Shown piece by piece: positions 13,301 through 26,939 of a stretch of DNA of 64,000 nt. The DNA lies in the NCBI RefSeq assembly GCF_026571515.1, contig NW_026867197.1:186001-250000 (forward strand), given 5' to 3'. Both the position numbers and the translations under genes were made by a program. This DNA is from Ruditapes philippinarum. Taxonomy: Eukaryota. Within the stretch, counting starts at the first letter, position 1. The number at the start of each line of letters is the position of its first letter. Under the pieces are notes generated by a model, which worked only from the letters and a program-made list of their open reading frames with translations, did not search any database and was not told the origin of the DNA.

Positions 13301-15140
13301 AAATTGCCGTTTCTTAGAGCTTAACCATTACAAAACTGGAAAAACAAGCAATTATCATAGTATTGCAAGCAATCCATAAGTCCCCTACCGGTAAGAGCCC
13401 AAGCAACATTCTGAAGGGCCATTGGCCATTCACTTATGTTTCTATTTTAAGTGATCACAGTGAACAGTTTTTATGTACAGACAGACAAACAGACTGAAGG
13501 ACACTCTAAAGTTATTTTTAAACATCCCTGTTATCAAAATATAACATTTTTAGAGCAAAATTTTTAAATAAGGAGATAACGATGTCATACATGATGTGAG
13601 TGTTACAAAGAACAATTAGTAATGAAGGTATGAATATTGAATGTTTATTTTGAATTTGAAGTAAATGAAAGTTAAAAGAACGAATAGGAAAAATAAAAAG
13701 TTTAAGGAGGAGATAATTCTGGAAATATGGATGCTAGATTTATAAACCTTGTCATATTATTGTCATCATGATTATGATGTGGGAGTTTGAAGAAAATCCT
13801 ATCATAATTGAAGAAAATTACCAATTTCTCAAAAAAAAGTCGAGTTCAAAAGGGGCATAATTCTGGAAATGCTAGAGTATTGAACACTCACAAATGTTGA
13901 GTGATAATAAGAAACATTTATATGAAGTTTGAAGTAGATACGTTCAGAAAAAAAGAAATTATTAAAAAAAAAACAATGTTTTTTCATGAAAATTTTAAGT
14001 TCCAGGGAGGTAATTCTGATAAATTTTGTGCTAGAGTTGTAAACTTTGTCACATATGATGTGGTTGATGACTAGCAACTTATATTTAAAGTTTGAAGAAA
14101 ATACCTTAAGAAATAAAGAACTTATAGTGAAAAAACTGAAAAACTAGAATCAGAAATCTTGAAATTCAGTCTATTTGTTGCAATAGCAACCAGAATTTTC
14201 AATACAGGAAGATAAGAAAAGAATGTGCATAATTTCCATACTGCCATCTACCAATATGTCAAGTTTCATAAAAACTTTTTCAGTAATTTTTGCGTTATCA
14301 CTGGATCCAGGTTATGTGTAAAAATTGTCATATTTTCAGTTTATTTGTTGCCATAGCAATCAGAATTTTCAGCATAGGAAAAAAAGAAAAAAACTTGCAT
14401 AATCTCCATACTGCCGTCTATCCATATATCAAGTTTCATAAAAATATTTTCAGTACTTTTTGCGGTATCGCGGGATCCAGGTTATGTGTAAAATTTGCCA
14501 TATTTTCAGTCTATTTGTTGCCATAGCAACCAGAATTTTCAACATAGGAAGAAAAGAAAAAGACGTGCATAATTTCCATACTGCCATCTATCCATATATC
14601 AAGTTTCATTAAAATATTTTCAGTACTTTTTGGGTTATCGCGGGATCCAGTTTTGTGGACGGACGGACTGACGGACAGACAGATGGACGGACGGACTGAC
14701 TGACGGACGGACGGACGGACTGACAGACAGACGGACGGAGGGTAAACCTAAAGTCCCCTCCGATAAACCGGTAGGGGACTAAAAAAACTAGTTAATCTGG
14801 CAAACTAGATATTCGATAAGAACCTATCGGCCGTTTATATTAAGAGATTTATCGTGTCTCCTTTATTAAATACTCAATAATATGGTTTATGTTTCACGTA
14901 CCATCATCACGTGATTTGTTCGAATGACCGTAGCGTAACAGGTGCGCTTCCAACAATGTTCTTTCGTCTAAGATGATTGTCACATTATAAAATCATGAAA
15001 CAGAACAAAATAAACAAATTAATTAAACAGATTAATTACCATAAATGGCCGTTCGACAACTGCAAAAAAATAATGCCCTAAAAGAAAGTTCAATATTACT
15101 TTGTTGATATTCTTTGAATTATCATAACTTCTTTTACTTT
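10394..15140 (+). repeat. Segmental duplication copy B (paralogous to 1-5452)
   Basis: Matches copy A. It lacks the LINE and ~0.68 kb corresponding to ~1190-1870, and carries an extra 1.44 kb element. Confidence 0.93.
13345..14780 (+). mobile_element. Non-autonomous Helentron-type element (HINE/DINE-1/pearl-like)
   Basis: Subterminal inverted repeat agtcccctaccgg (13379-13391) / ccggtaggggact (14768-14780). 3' stem-loop at 14752-14780. (GACG/GACA)n microsatellite at ~14657-14740. Three ~170 bp internal repeats (~14165-14650). It sits in an A-run, and the empty site 'ctagaaaaaactag' is at 5091-5104. Confidence 0.88.
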
Positions 15141-15238
15141 GAAGAATAGTGTGAGCGGGTTAACATTAAAACCAGGAAGGTATTATCGGTCCGACAAAAC
15201 GAGAAAAGTTATCGGGTGAGTGAAACTTCGTACTACTT

Positions 15239-15244
15239 TTTATT
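15239..15244 (-). promoter_or_regulatory. Candidate polyadenylation signal of the PAN-sushi-kringle gene
   Basis: AATAAA on the minus strand ~300 nt downstream of the stop codon. Weak evidence in AT-rich DNA. Confidence 0.35.
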
Positions 15245-15548
15245 TCTAACATAATTGTAATTGAGAGGCGCGTTGTCGCTTTGCAGATTTTTCAAAGTCT
15301 ACATGTAGCGAACACCATGGTTGTCTAAACATAACACTGTATTTTCTGTAGTTTGATTTGAAATGTTCAAGAATTTTTTTTTCCTCATGTAAACACGTTA
15401 CGTTCATGTTGAATAAAACCGAGATGCAATCGTAAATCGTTATATTATGTGTCAGGAAGTGCATACATTCTCCTGACAGCGCTCTTGTAAAATAGGAACC
15501 AAGAGGTCAGTCCAAGCCACTGAACAGAGCCTATAGTTGACAGAATGT

Positions 15549-15793
15549 TTAACAAATATACGTCGGCTTATTACAATAGTCCCATCGTTTACCTATGTTG
15601 GTAGTGTAACACCAAAGGTAGGTTTCTCCGAGAGCTCTACAATAATTATTCGCAGCTGATACAGATGTGTCTGGGTAAGTTGCAGCGTTAGTATAAGTAT
15701 GACCATGTGGAGATTGTGAGTCCCATCTCTGACAATAAAATCCGTCGACAGTGCTACTGAGAGTCCCTTGATAGCTGCTTATTGGCATACATG
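15549..15793 (-). CDS. PAN-EGF-like-2xsushi-kringle secreted protein, exon 5 (kringle domain, terminal exon)
   Basis: A T-rich acceptor 'ttttatttaag|CA TGT ATG' in phase 1 supplies the first kringle Cys. The exon reads (A)CMPISSYQGTLSSTVDGFYCQRWDSQSPHGH...NYCR...WCYTT...RWDYCNKPTYIC* and has all six kringle cysteines. Confidence 0.92.
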
Positions 15794-18172
15794 CTTAAAT
15801 AAAATAAAATACTGAGATCAATATACCATTATGTACATTATCAGATCTCCATTCAGTAGTTGAAGTCATGTTTTGGGTAATAGGACTATTTCTATCACAT
15901 GATTAAATTTGTTGTTCATAATATCAGTTTATCAGCATTTTTCTGTTTTCCTTTTTTATTATAAAATCTCATCAGTCATATATAGTACAGTGAATTGGTA
16001 ACAGTTAATATTCATTTTATTTTATTTATTTATTTTATTTTATTTATTTTAGTTCAAACAAATACTTTGCAGTTCTATAGTTCATGTGATAACAAGAAGA
16101 ATTCTTTTTTTAATTGGCCAAGGTAATTATTTTTTCATTTCCGATTTTTGATCCATGAAGAATTGTTAATTAGTGCGTGTTAATAATGTAATCTTGTGCA
16201 AATTTTAAAGCATGATTGCAAACAGGTATGCAAGAATCTCAGTTTGGTTAGTCCAACAAACAGTACTTTGAGTACAGTACAATACAGTACTATTCTACGT
16301 ACATGTTTCTTAGATTGAGATTTTTTATGGTCTTCATTGTTTATTCTTTTTGTGTGTGTTATGCATTGTTTATTGTTTTGTTATATGTACTGTTATGTTA
16401 AAAATTTGGGTCAGGTTTGGATTGAAGTATAATGGATTATTAAACAAAACTAATTCTTGCTTTTCGCGTTTTTAGTCTATCACTGTTTTTTGAACACATG
16501 TTGTCTTTAAAAGTTTAATGAAGTCATGGTCTCGGTTTAAATATTTTACAATGATACTTCAAAATAATGGTTGCTGAGTATTCTGCCTTTGCAATATCTT
16601 TAATCACTAGTTCAAAGGGTCAAGGGCGTCATCAAAAATTATTCGGGCACAGTATTACTTCTTGTATTTTGATGTGTTTGCTTATTTTTTATTTTAAAAT
16701 GATTTCTGCCTTTATAAAAAATTAGTATTTTCGAACTTGTTTTTACTTTTCCTCACCTTTGACCAAGATTAAGGAAGTTCACTTCCAGTAATTTGTGTAG
16801 TTTTATATGGAATAAATGTATAAGAAAATGATTGTGTGATTGTTATTGAATGCTATAAGAAACTTACACTGATACATAGACACGTGAGAGTAAACAGGAG
16901 TGAGAATTCTTAAACAATTTGATATACTATTACTAACCTTACAAAATGAGTCAGGTTTTTTTCTAATAACTATTTTTTCATCCTCAAAATGCTAAACATT
17001 TTGGGTAAACTTGGTCAATGCTGATTTAGGTAAGCCTACTTGTCTATTTAGTCTTATCTCAATTTGCATTGTTCATTAGTAAACAATACTATTTTTGTCT
17101 ATCCATTAATTGATGAGCAAAATGGAAGTGCAAAACTCAAGCCAGTTACAGCCAACAGTTTATGGTTTTATTTGATGTTAGTGTTTATTAAGTTCAAGAT
17201 AATGTGAACACTGGTACTTATTAGTACACAATAGATAATACTTTTCATATAGCAATATATTTTGTCGTTGCCTATGATGCTCGGCATCAATTCTTTTTTT
17301 GAAAGTCAGTTGGAATAGATAGAATAAAGTAAGAGAGAAATCAGTTGAAAGTGGTGTTATTTTGTTGTATTGGCAAAACAAATGATTTTATCTGAAAAGT
17401 AGGTCACTATACAGCGCCCGACAAGATCTAGAATGTACAGAAACGAAACCTATGACATTATACCAAGGTGGTTCGGCCCTGATAAAGGGTGTCAGACATA
17501 AAACCATACTGAAGGCTCTCAAAAAACACCCTCCTACACTCTTCCGCTTTGTAGACCGCTTCCGTGGCATAAGTCAGGTAGTAAGTAGCAGTTTATCTTT
17601 GGTTTGATTAATCGAATTTGCACGCCATTAGTACTGGAAATAATTTGTTGATGCCCTGTTACTTTTTGCAAACATGTCACCCAAGGGAATGAGATTGAAT
17701 TTGGAAAGGCATTGATGAAAGCTCTTTTCTTAAATGATAGTAAAATAAACATTTTTAAAGGAAGAAAGTTATAAATATCATGTGAATTAGCTCTGGCTCT
17801 TTTAATCAATCTGTGTCACATCTTAATATATGCTGTTCTCAAAAACATTTTCTTTATTTGTCTAACGTATTATTTTATATTTCAATCTCTAAACAATAAC
17901 GAGTCGACCATTTTTATACAATATTGTTTTCATTGCTTCATAATGATCATTCCTTTTTCCAGCTTTTTGTATAACCTGTTCATCAGGCTTATATACATAA
18001 TAGTAAGCGATATTCACATGTCCGGACAAGCACAACTGCATTATGTCATTTCATATTGTACATTAAAACAAAATTGATGTTAAATGATCATCTCGTTCAA
18101 GTAGGACATCATCTGCTAATCGTCATTTTGATAACAGAACATGACCTCGATTGATCAAATAAAAGATCTTAC

Positions 18173-18337
18173 CACAATGCGAGTATTCCCATGACTTTGA
18201 CGACAAACATTTAAACGTGGCTGGAGTAGCGGTATACCCGTAATTACACTCCAGTGTAGCAGTATCTAGATATAGATTTGATCCTGGTAGAGAAAGAGTC
18301 GCGACACCATTTGCTATACTTGGTAATGAACCGCAAC
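18173..18337 (-). CDS. Same gene, exon 4 (sushi/CCP domain 2; not in ORF track)
   Basis: Acceptor 'gtcttttcag|', donor '|gtaaga', 165 nt, phase 1-1. Translates (S)CGSLPSIANGVATLSLPGSNLYLDTATLECNYGYTATPATFKCLSSKSWEYSHC, matching the CCP consensus of four Cys, NG, GY and W. Confidence 0.92.
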
Positions 18338-18496
18338 CTGAAAAGACATTGTGATGTCTGTATACGAATTAGCATTATCTCCTACAGCACATCAATTGCT
18401 GAATAACAAAATCTTTGGTACAACAAAAGCAAACACCAGACAAATTAAATAAGCTCGCCAAACTTTAAATAAGTGGTAGATTCAATCTTTCAAGAG

Positions 18497-18730
18497 GCAG
18501 CTTGGTGTAGTGGTTAAAAGTGGCGACAAGGTTAAAGAGTCGCACTATTAAACAAATGCGCACTGGTCGCGTGAGTTCAAACCCCGTCAGGGGCAAGTCG
18601 TTGTTTCCTTGAGCAAGAAACTTTACACTCAATTGTTCGTATTGATAGTTCCAGGAACGAATTCAATAGTGTGTCTATAAATTTATAGCTTCCTACACAA
18701 TCGAACTAAAATAAATCTGTATAAACTAAT
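18497..18730 (+). mobile_element. tRNA-derived SINE in intron 3
   Basis: A-box TGGTGTAGTGG (~18503), B-box GAGTTCAAACC (~18573), central 'tccttgagcaagaaacttta' motif, and a 3' part ending 'cacaatcgaactaaaataaa'. Confidence 0.7.
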
Positions 18731-18911
18731 CTAACCTTTTTAAAATATAGTATTGTATGAAAATGATTTATTTACCCATTACCACATTAGTATAATGTAC
18801 TTCTACTAGTATATGATGTATGATTCAAAAGAACCTGTATGGGCTAATCAAAAAGTCAGCCTAATGTAAATAATCATTAAAAAATTATTTAAAGTTAAGG
18901 TAAAGTCATAC

Positions 18912-19082
18912 TAATTTTTGCGCAATTTCCTGCTGACCAGGTTGCATCTGACTGACACTTGACATGTAATGTGTTCGTCTCGTATCCTTCGTTACACGTG
19001 ACAGTAGCTAGTGCCATATATGTTGTATTAGACGAGTCCAGCAATGTTGCAAATCCATTTTCTGTCGTAGGTTGACCACAAT
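18912..19082 (-). CDS. Same gene, exon 3 (sushi/CCP domain 1)
   Basis: Acceptor 'ctttttatttcag|', donor '|gtatga', 171 nt, phase 1-1. Translates (N)CGQPTTENGFATLLDSSNTTYMALATVTCNEGYETNTLHVKCQSDATWSAGNCAKI. Confidence 0.93.
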
Positions 19083-20574
19083 CTGAAATAAAAAGAAACT
19101 GGTTGAAAGGTTCTTCGGACAAAAATGTTAATGTTGCAGGCTCGATTTTATTTGAACTATTCCATCGGTTTCAGTGGTGGTCACACAAAAAAAAGAGAAA
19201 TAAGGCAGAATAACCAATTAGAATCTATAAAAATCTTGGGTTTTATAGTGTTTTTTATGTTCTCCTTTTTTTTTAAACAACACCAAAATTTTAACAAGAG
19301 ATTATTTTGTATCAAAATGATAATGATACAATTTTTAAAAAAATATTGAACGCCTCCTACCTTTAGGGGTGCATGCCTTCTCTTCCCATACACCTTGAAT
19401 GTGACATTGAACTGTAGACGTATCTGTAAAGGAAGTTTAGTGTTCATGAACAAAATGCTGACCATTTTAAAACGTGGAAATGTTATTTAAAAATACGGTT
19501 AAAGTGTTAAACATTATCAAAATGTCAGTAATCCGTGAAACTGTATACTTTCAAATGTTCTAATTGTCTTTCTTTACTCATGCCTATTCTTGGAATTACT
19601 TGATGGCTTTTTACCTTGATTATTTGTTGGAATGACTTACTTTTCATCGGTATTACTTATAAGTCTTCTCTACTGACACAAGATGGATTGCTTTAAATTG
19701 AAATATTAATTGTTATGCTTCAGCGTAGATATGTTTTGAAAGAAAGTATCGGTTTTAAAATATGTTTATTAAGATATTAAATGATTTTTGTTTCCACCTA
19801 TTATTTTTATGATTCAATATCAATAACAAACTCAAATGCTCATTCGGTCATTTAGCTTTTATTGATATCATCTATACATCAAAATTTTAGCAAATATTTA
19901 GTATTCAACATTTTCAACTATATCACATTCTTCCGGAAACGGGAATAAAAAGTTGTCAGTGCTATCTTAACAGAATTTAAACGGCTTATATACAAACATT
20001 TATAATGTGTTTGCATTATTTTGTCACAAATTACAAGATGGTTAATTGGGGGAAATTTAAATTGCATTCGAAAGATCTGCAAACGCTGTAAAAACTAAAG
20101 GGTCTTAAAAATTACTCGATCGATGAGGCGGGGTTGCTGAATGACTTTCTAAAAGCCTTTTCTGATTATTTTCTTTTTTTATGTATTGGAACTTAATAAC
20201 CTGGAACTGATTGTATTTTGCTGCGCTTAAATGGTCTTTTACTATCCGCTGCTCTCTTTTGACTTACTTTCTTTATACCTTATCAATCGTATTGTAAATA
20301 ATGAAATAGCTTAAAGCTTTAACTGACAAACTATTAAGATATTTATGTGTGTATGATAAGGTTGTTACTTAATTCTAATGTCCTTCTATGGATAGATATT
20401 GGGCACATATTGTCTACTTTATTAACGCACATAAAAGAAAGCGCAACAAAGTGTTACAAAACATATTTCTCATATGCTATTTCTATTAGGTTTAGCATTT
20501 TGCGCTTGTGCCGTTCATTTAATCTGAAAAATATAAACATGAATATTCTCATTACTTTAAATACCACGTAATGA

Positions 20575-21688
20575 TTTAAGCTCCATTTTTCATGATTTAG
20601 CGGAGCTATTGTCAATACTTTTTCGACGACATCGATGTTGGCGTCGGCATAAGATAACCTTGTTGGTAGTGTTTATTGATGGCCATTAACTAAAAAAAAT
20701 TAACAAGCCTATTTTATTAGAAACTTTACATGTGTATGCAGTTTGATGAGTCTACCTGTCATTTTCATCTTCAGTGCCCTTTTCTTTGTCTTTTTGTCGT
20801 AGTTTATTTGTTCATTATCAAAATATGTCGCAAGAATAGAACGGCCATTTTCTCTGACCTTTGCCCTAGTTTATTTGTTCATTATCAAAATATGTCACCA
20901 GAGTAGAACGGCCATTTTCTTTGTCTTTTTGCCCTATTTTATTTGTTCATTATCAAAATATGTCACCAGATTAGAAGGACCGTTTTCTTTGTCTTTTTGT
21001 CCTAGTTTATCTTTTGAGGCAAAGATATTCACACTAAAGCCCCTTTTTCTTAAAATCAACTTGAAATATGTTCCATTGGTTAGTTTTATTCAGAATGAAA
21101 TGAAATTTGTTTTCCAAACTTCGACTTAGAAACTGATATATTTGCATTTGAACATTAACCTAAAAACGACAGAGTGACAATTGTGTTATACATAGCAGAA
21201 AACAGTTTTCAGTAAAATCTAAAAATATCGTCTTGCAAGTAACGTTATGAATTTACATGTATTTATTTGAGATTAAGCAAAAATGCAAGTTATTAGCACT
21301 ATGTAATACACTTTTTGTTTCGTAATTTCCATGATGGTGCCAAAAAAAATTCTAAATGCCTTGGCAAAAGAAATACGTTTTTTGTTTATTTATCGTACAT
21401 TTTTTATAAACATGTCTCTGTGTTCACTTTGTGTTATAACATGCATTGCTAAAGAGGAGTTACATATGCAGCTTTTAGTTTGCTTGCTTAATGCCCTCCA
21501 TTTTGTATATTTTTGTATTTTCTAATTTTTCCCATCACAGATATTCACTTCAAGCATGAAATAATTGTTTACTTTCAAGGCAGATTATTCTGTCATGAAG
21601 TTTTTCTAAATAAAATATATGCCCACTTTTATCCCTCGTTTTCATTTGAGAAATATAGAGCGCTGTGCTCCTCGGTCAACTGTTGTTA
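20575..21688 (-). mobile_element. Degenerate Helentron-type non-autonomous element, reverse orientation, in intron 2
   Basis: The left end has the hairpin agctcc...ggagct followed by a cgtcggc-type microsatellite remnant. About three internal 67-68 bp tandem units lie at ~20780-21010. The right end is 'gagcgctgtgctcctcggtcaactgttgtt'. Confidence 0.5.
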
Positions 21689-22639
21689 AATTTTAATTCA
21701 ATTAAAGAATTTAATGTGTGAGTAATTAGGTAGCTACACAATTGTCGTAAAAATCTCATTTAGAAAATATCACAAGGGTATAGAAAATATCACAAAGGTA
21801 AGGACAATCAAGATTAAATGACTAGGCTGGATAATTTTGCTAAATGCTGTTGACGAAGCAGAAGGGAACTACTCGGGTGAAAATATTACTTTTTATTTAT
21901 TAATGTCTTAATTAAAATTCTTACTAGCTGTTGAATATATTTGTAATTTGTAAATATTTGTGTTGTCTTGTTGGTAGACATTTTCATCACTTGCAATGAG
22001 CGTTAGAATCACCCATGATTCAATCAATACGTTAAACGCTTATTTTGACTTATAAACACTAAAACAGTTCAATTCTAAATGTGTATTGTGTATTGTTTCA
22101 AAAATATCAATTTTTCTTTTTACAGGGATGTATCCATTTTTTAATAACAAAGTCAACAGTTCAAGTTCATAATAAACAGAAAAAAATTAAATCAGTTTTT
22201 TAAAAATACAATTTTGGGGAAATTTTGAAAATTTCCGTCAATTATTCAAACCAAAAGAATTTTTAAGTGATAAGATCTAAAATTTCTTAAAGAGGGGCAT
22301 AAATTATAAAATGTTTCTTTTTAAAAAATTTTTTTCAAATTTCCTTTTATTTCACGCAGTCAGGCTTGGAGTTTAAAGTCTGCAATTTAAACATTTTTTT
22401 AATTTGGGTTTTTCAATAGGGAATATCCAAAATTGGAAACCAAATTTTTTCGTACCAAAAACTTATTTTTCTCCCGTATTTAAAAGGGTTTAATTTTTTC
22501 CCTTTTTCAAACTGGGTTCAAAGTTTTCCAAAATTCTGTAAGAGTGTTTTCCAAAAAAAAAGTAAAATTTTAAACCCCCAAAACCCTTTTTTCCAACAAG
22601 GGATTTTGAGGGGGGAAGGGCAACAATAAAAGAAAACAT

Positions 22640-23625
22640 GATTCAAGATATTCATTTAAGCAGTAAAAAACACAAGAAACAAGAAGGTAACTTACTTGAT
22701 CCAAACCAGCCTTATAACGAAAGGGAGACATTAAAACAAGACAAAAAATAACAAGATACACCCAGCTGCATTCAAATAAGGGAAACATAAAAATAAAAAC
22801 AAGAAACACAAGCACAAAATCCATCCGCCGCATTCAATAAGGGAAAAATATATATTAAAAAAAGATATTTGAAATTGAATTCACAAGATTCACTCGGTTC
22901 ACGCAGCAAAGAAAACAGAAAAAAGTGTAAATTACATGATCTATTAAGTTGTATTCATCGAATCGCAAGAATCACTTCAATTCCAAGTTTAATTCTAATC
23001 ATAAATAATCATTGATTTCAAGTAATTATCTTTCGTTTGAGATTTTACAATTGTTTTAGGTAAGACATTTTTCCTTATGGTTTCGTAAAATTATGAAGCA
23101 TTATGTTAAAGGAAATAATTGCAAAAATCAAGATTCAAGATATTCATAAAGCAGTAAAAAAACACAAGAAAACAAGAAAGGTAACTTACTTGATCCAACC
23201 AGAATAATTACGAAAGGTAAACATAAAAACAAGACAAAAAATAACAAAATACACCCAGCTGCATTCAAATAAGGGAAAGATAAAAATAAAAACAAGAAAC
23301 ACAAGTCACAAAATCCATCCGCCGCATTCAATAAGGGTAAAATATATATTAAAAAAGATATTTGAAATTGAATTCACAAGATTCACTCGATTCACGCAGC
23401 AAAGAAAACAGAAAAAAGTGTAAATTACATGATCTATTAAGTTGTATTCATCGAATCGCAAGAATCACTTTAATTCCAAGTTTAATTCTAATCATAAATA
23501 ATCATTGATTTCAGGTAATTATCTTTCCTTTGAGATTTTACAATTGTTTTAGGTAAGATATTTTTCCTTATGGTGTCGTCAAATTATGACGCATAATGTA
23601 AAAGGAAATAATTGCAAAAATCAAG
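22640..23625 (+). repeat. ~492 bp direct tandem duplication
   Basis: 'gattcaagatattcat' occurs at 22640 and 23132, and both units run to 'ggaaataattgcaaaaatcaagat'. Confidence 0.9.
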
Positions 23626-24332
23626 ATAAATGAATTGCAAGATGCATCCGCCGTATTCTTTTAGGCAATTAGGGAAACAATAAGCAAGAAAAATGAGTTG
23701 TGAGCTGAAAGAAAAAGATCAAACTAAGATAAAAGAATCACGAGAGATCAAATTAAGCTTCAAATTAGATTTTGAACATAAATCAGTGAAAGAAATGCAT
23801 AAATAATAATAAAAAATACAAGGAGTTTGAAATTTTCATATTATGTTCATATTTTAAACAAGCAAACTTGAATAAGTTTAATATAATTATGACTACAAGG
23901 AATGAAAATCTTATAAAATCTGTTGCTGTGTTTTTGTATCACGCGTATTAAAGAAAAACAAAAAGAAAACAAAATATGCCAAAAAAAATGAAAATGATGA
24001 AAAATTTTAAAAATATAATTTTAAAACAATATTAATAAATGGTTTTTGTAAAATTAATTTTTTGAATTTTTACGTTTTTAATTTTAAATTTCTAAAGGCT
24101 TCCCGTAAAATGTTTGTATTATATTTTTGCAAAGGGGTGGGGGTCCCCAAAGGGATATAAAATTTTGTCAAATTTTTTTATTGGGTATTTTTTAGAAAAA
24201 AAAAGAATCAAACGATTGGTTTTTAATATTTAAAAGCAAACGAAAATGAAAAATTTTCTGCATAACATTTTAAAATAAAAAGGGGTAAATATAAAAAAAA
24301 AAAATTCGTAGCTTGAATTATAATATACATAC

Positions 24333-24417
24333 TAATTTCTAAACATCGTGGTGGGTATGCTGGCAGACAACGCTGTTTCAGGCCGCAAGGCCGGGATCCA
24401 CAGGGACCTGCAATTCC
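24333..24417 (-). CDS. Same gene, exon 2 (short four-Cys EGF-like module; not in ORF track)
   Basis: Acceptor 'gatgttttccag|', donor '|gtatgt', 85 nt, phase 0-1, exactly bridging exon 1 (phase 0) and exon 3 (phase 1). It is a GC-rich island that translates GIAGPCGSRPCGLKQRCLPAYPPRCLEI. Confidence 0.87.
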
Positions 24418-26939
24418 CTGGAAAACATCAAATTATTTCGTTTGAAAGAATTTATATCACATTTGAGCAAACCTTTGTTTACATGCATCCGTTTGAGCGA
24501 TTTTTTGCATCAATATTATTGATTCTGATTGTTTCTGTATCATTATTCTGTCATAACTTTTCGATCTAATTCAGTAATCTTTTCATTTTTGTATTTTCTG
24601 ATCGCAGATCAGAAAATACAATGCTGACATTCAATCTCTGGCACAGCGCTTAACGACAAACCTAACAACAAGTAGTTCTCAAAACAGCTTTAAAACTAGC
24701 GATGTAAAAGAAGTTACAAGTATCCGACAAATTACAACGCATTTAAAGTTTAAAAGTAGCGTTAGCTTATAGAATTGTCAATAAATGTACAATCACAAAT
24801 TACGCGGATGAATATGATTTTATTCAATGAAAATGCTATTTTTAGCTATGTCGATTACCGAATACTTCAGAGCGTATTACACAAATAAATCTGACTTATT
24901 TAAGGAAGTGGCCAAGATATGCAGGGATAAAGTGTGGTTGTCATAAAAAAACGAACATAATTAATTTTTTGATACATCTCTAGTCATGCAAAATTCCGTA
25001 TGTATCAAACTCAATCTGTTATAGTAAGAAATCTAAACGCGGTGCCCTGCAAGTACGTTTTCGTTATCAATTTGATACATTTACTGCCACAGTAATGTTT
25101 CTATGTAAATTTAAAGTGTCGTATAAGTTTTCTGAATTGATTTTATTTCAATTTTAGATTTTCAGCATGCATATTTTAACATGCGTAAACATCAACATAT
25201 GCATTTGTAACAAGCACATATGCTAGAACACGGCATTAATATTTTCTACATTTAATGACGATGTAGCAGTCAAGGAAATAGTGCTTTTCTGACGCACGCC
25301 TTCTTGGTGATGAACAATTTATAAGCAACACAGTAGAGGAGACTTTTTATACGGATAGTTTGGTGATATCATAGATGATCTTTTACTCTTGCATAAAAAC
25401 TGCCACGCAGGGATACATTAACGAAAGACAAATCGTAACAATAATTGATATCTTTTATTCCTCCAACACTGAAGAGCAAAAAAAAACATGTAACATAAAA
25501 AAATAAAAACAGTAAAAATTCACTTTGCCATGTATGAACATATAAGTCAAGAAAACAAATTCGTACAAAAGAATCTTCAAGTTGTTGTAATCAACGGAAT
25601 GGTAGGTCGAAAGCATCATTGTAACAATTAAGCATGACAATAGACATAGTCCACTTGTACAAATTTCTAGGTACAAAAATGAATAGATTTTTTTTCTGCA
25701 CACTTCCGGTATAATATAAGTTATGGAGCAATATGTTAGATTTTTCATAAACATATTACGATTTAATACAGAACTACATTACATAATATAATTTGAGTAT
25801 TTCAAAGGAAACAAATACATTTTTACTATGTCTTACGAAATCAACAATTTGCAAATAAATATAGTATACTGTACATGTTTAAACATGCCCCCATCAATTA
25901 TAACAGAAAATCAATCTGTTCAGACGGAGTAATCAGAACGAACGACGTGTATTCACTGTGACCACGAATTTCTATTATCGAATTCAACAAATGTTCAAGA
26001 ATTTGCATGTTAAATTTACATAAATAAATCAAGTGTTGCAATATGTCTTCAGTCAGCCGTTCACACTTAAAACATTTACCGTGCTATAATATTCATAAGT
26101 TACAAAACTTTATCCATAAGCCTGGTTATCATATTTTATCATAATTATTGTAGCACACAAAACGATTGTTGAAAACATGTTCAGCAAGATACACATCAGG
26201 GAGTCTACATAGTTGACAAAGGAATTGCAATTGTCAATGTTCGATGAAAGCGTCAATGGGAGCGGCATCTAAAGCACTTAATGTTTCTGTTGATGCATCA
26301 GTTGGAAATGACTGCAAGTTTTAAACTCAAAATCGATTAGATTTTTCCAGTCATACAATATCTTTAGAAGTAATAGAAGACCACTATTTGCATTTTATCT
26401 AGCGCTATCGAAATAATTGTAGCATCTTATATACATGCATTAAAGGGCTCGCGCCATTGTTGCACTTTTTTAATATGCGTGACTCAGGGCCCCATTTAAA
26501 AAAAACGGCCCTGGTAGTTTAAATTCATTATCAAAACATAACTGCCTAAAGACACGTGTAAAGCATAGTATACGCCATGGCTTCCTTATACACGCCCGGC
26601 AAACTGTCGCTCCACTTAAATAAACTTCTATATAGGTAACACCGCGTTTCGTTATCAGTATTTCTTATTCCTCGCTCGGGCTTTAAATGAGACATTGTGC
26701 ATCTGCATTTGTTAATGCAAAATAAATATGCATTGACCCTTCAATCAAATAAATCGACCGATCTGAATAAATAGATTCTTTTATCATAATCAATCAGTTC
26801 GGTTCTAATGTTCTGTTTACTGGAATACAATATTATTTACATGATTACCAATATATGCTACCCGCCAATTGTTTCAATGTAAAATAAGATAATGTGATTA
26901 GATATGGCTTAACATGGTCCAGTTATCAAATGTCTTTAA

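Noticed and set aside
16985-17740. GC-richer, coding-looking patch in intron 4 (extra exon or transposase relic)
   Set aside because: No recognisable domain on either strand, and it is not needed for frame continuity of the five-exon model. It may be a decayed transposon, but I cannot support a call.
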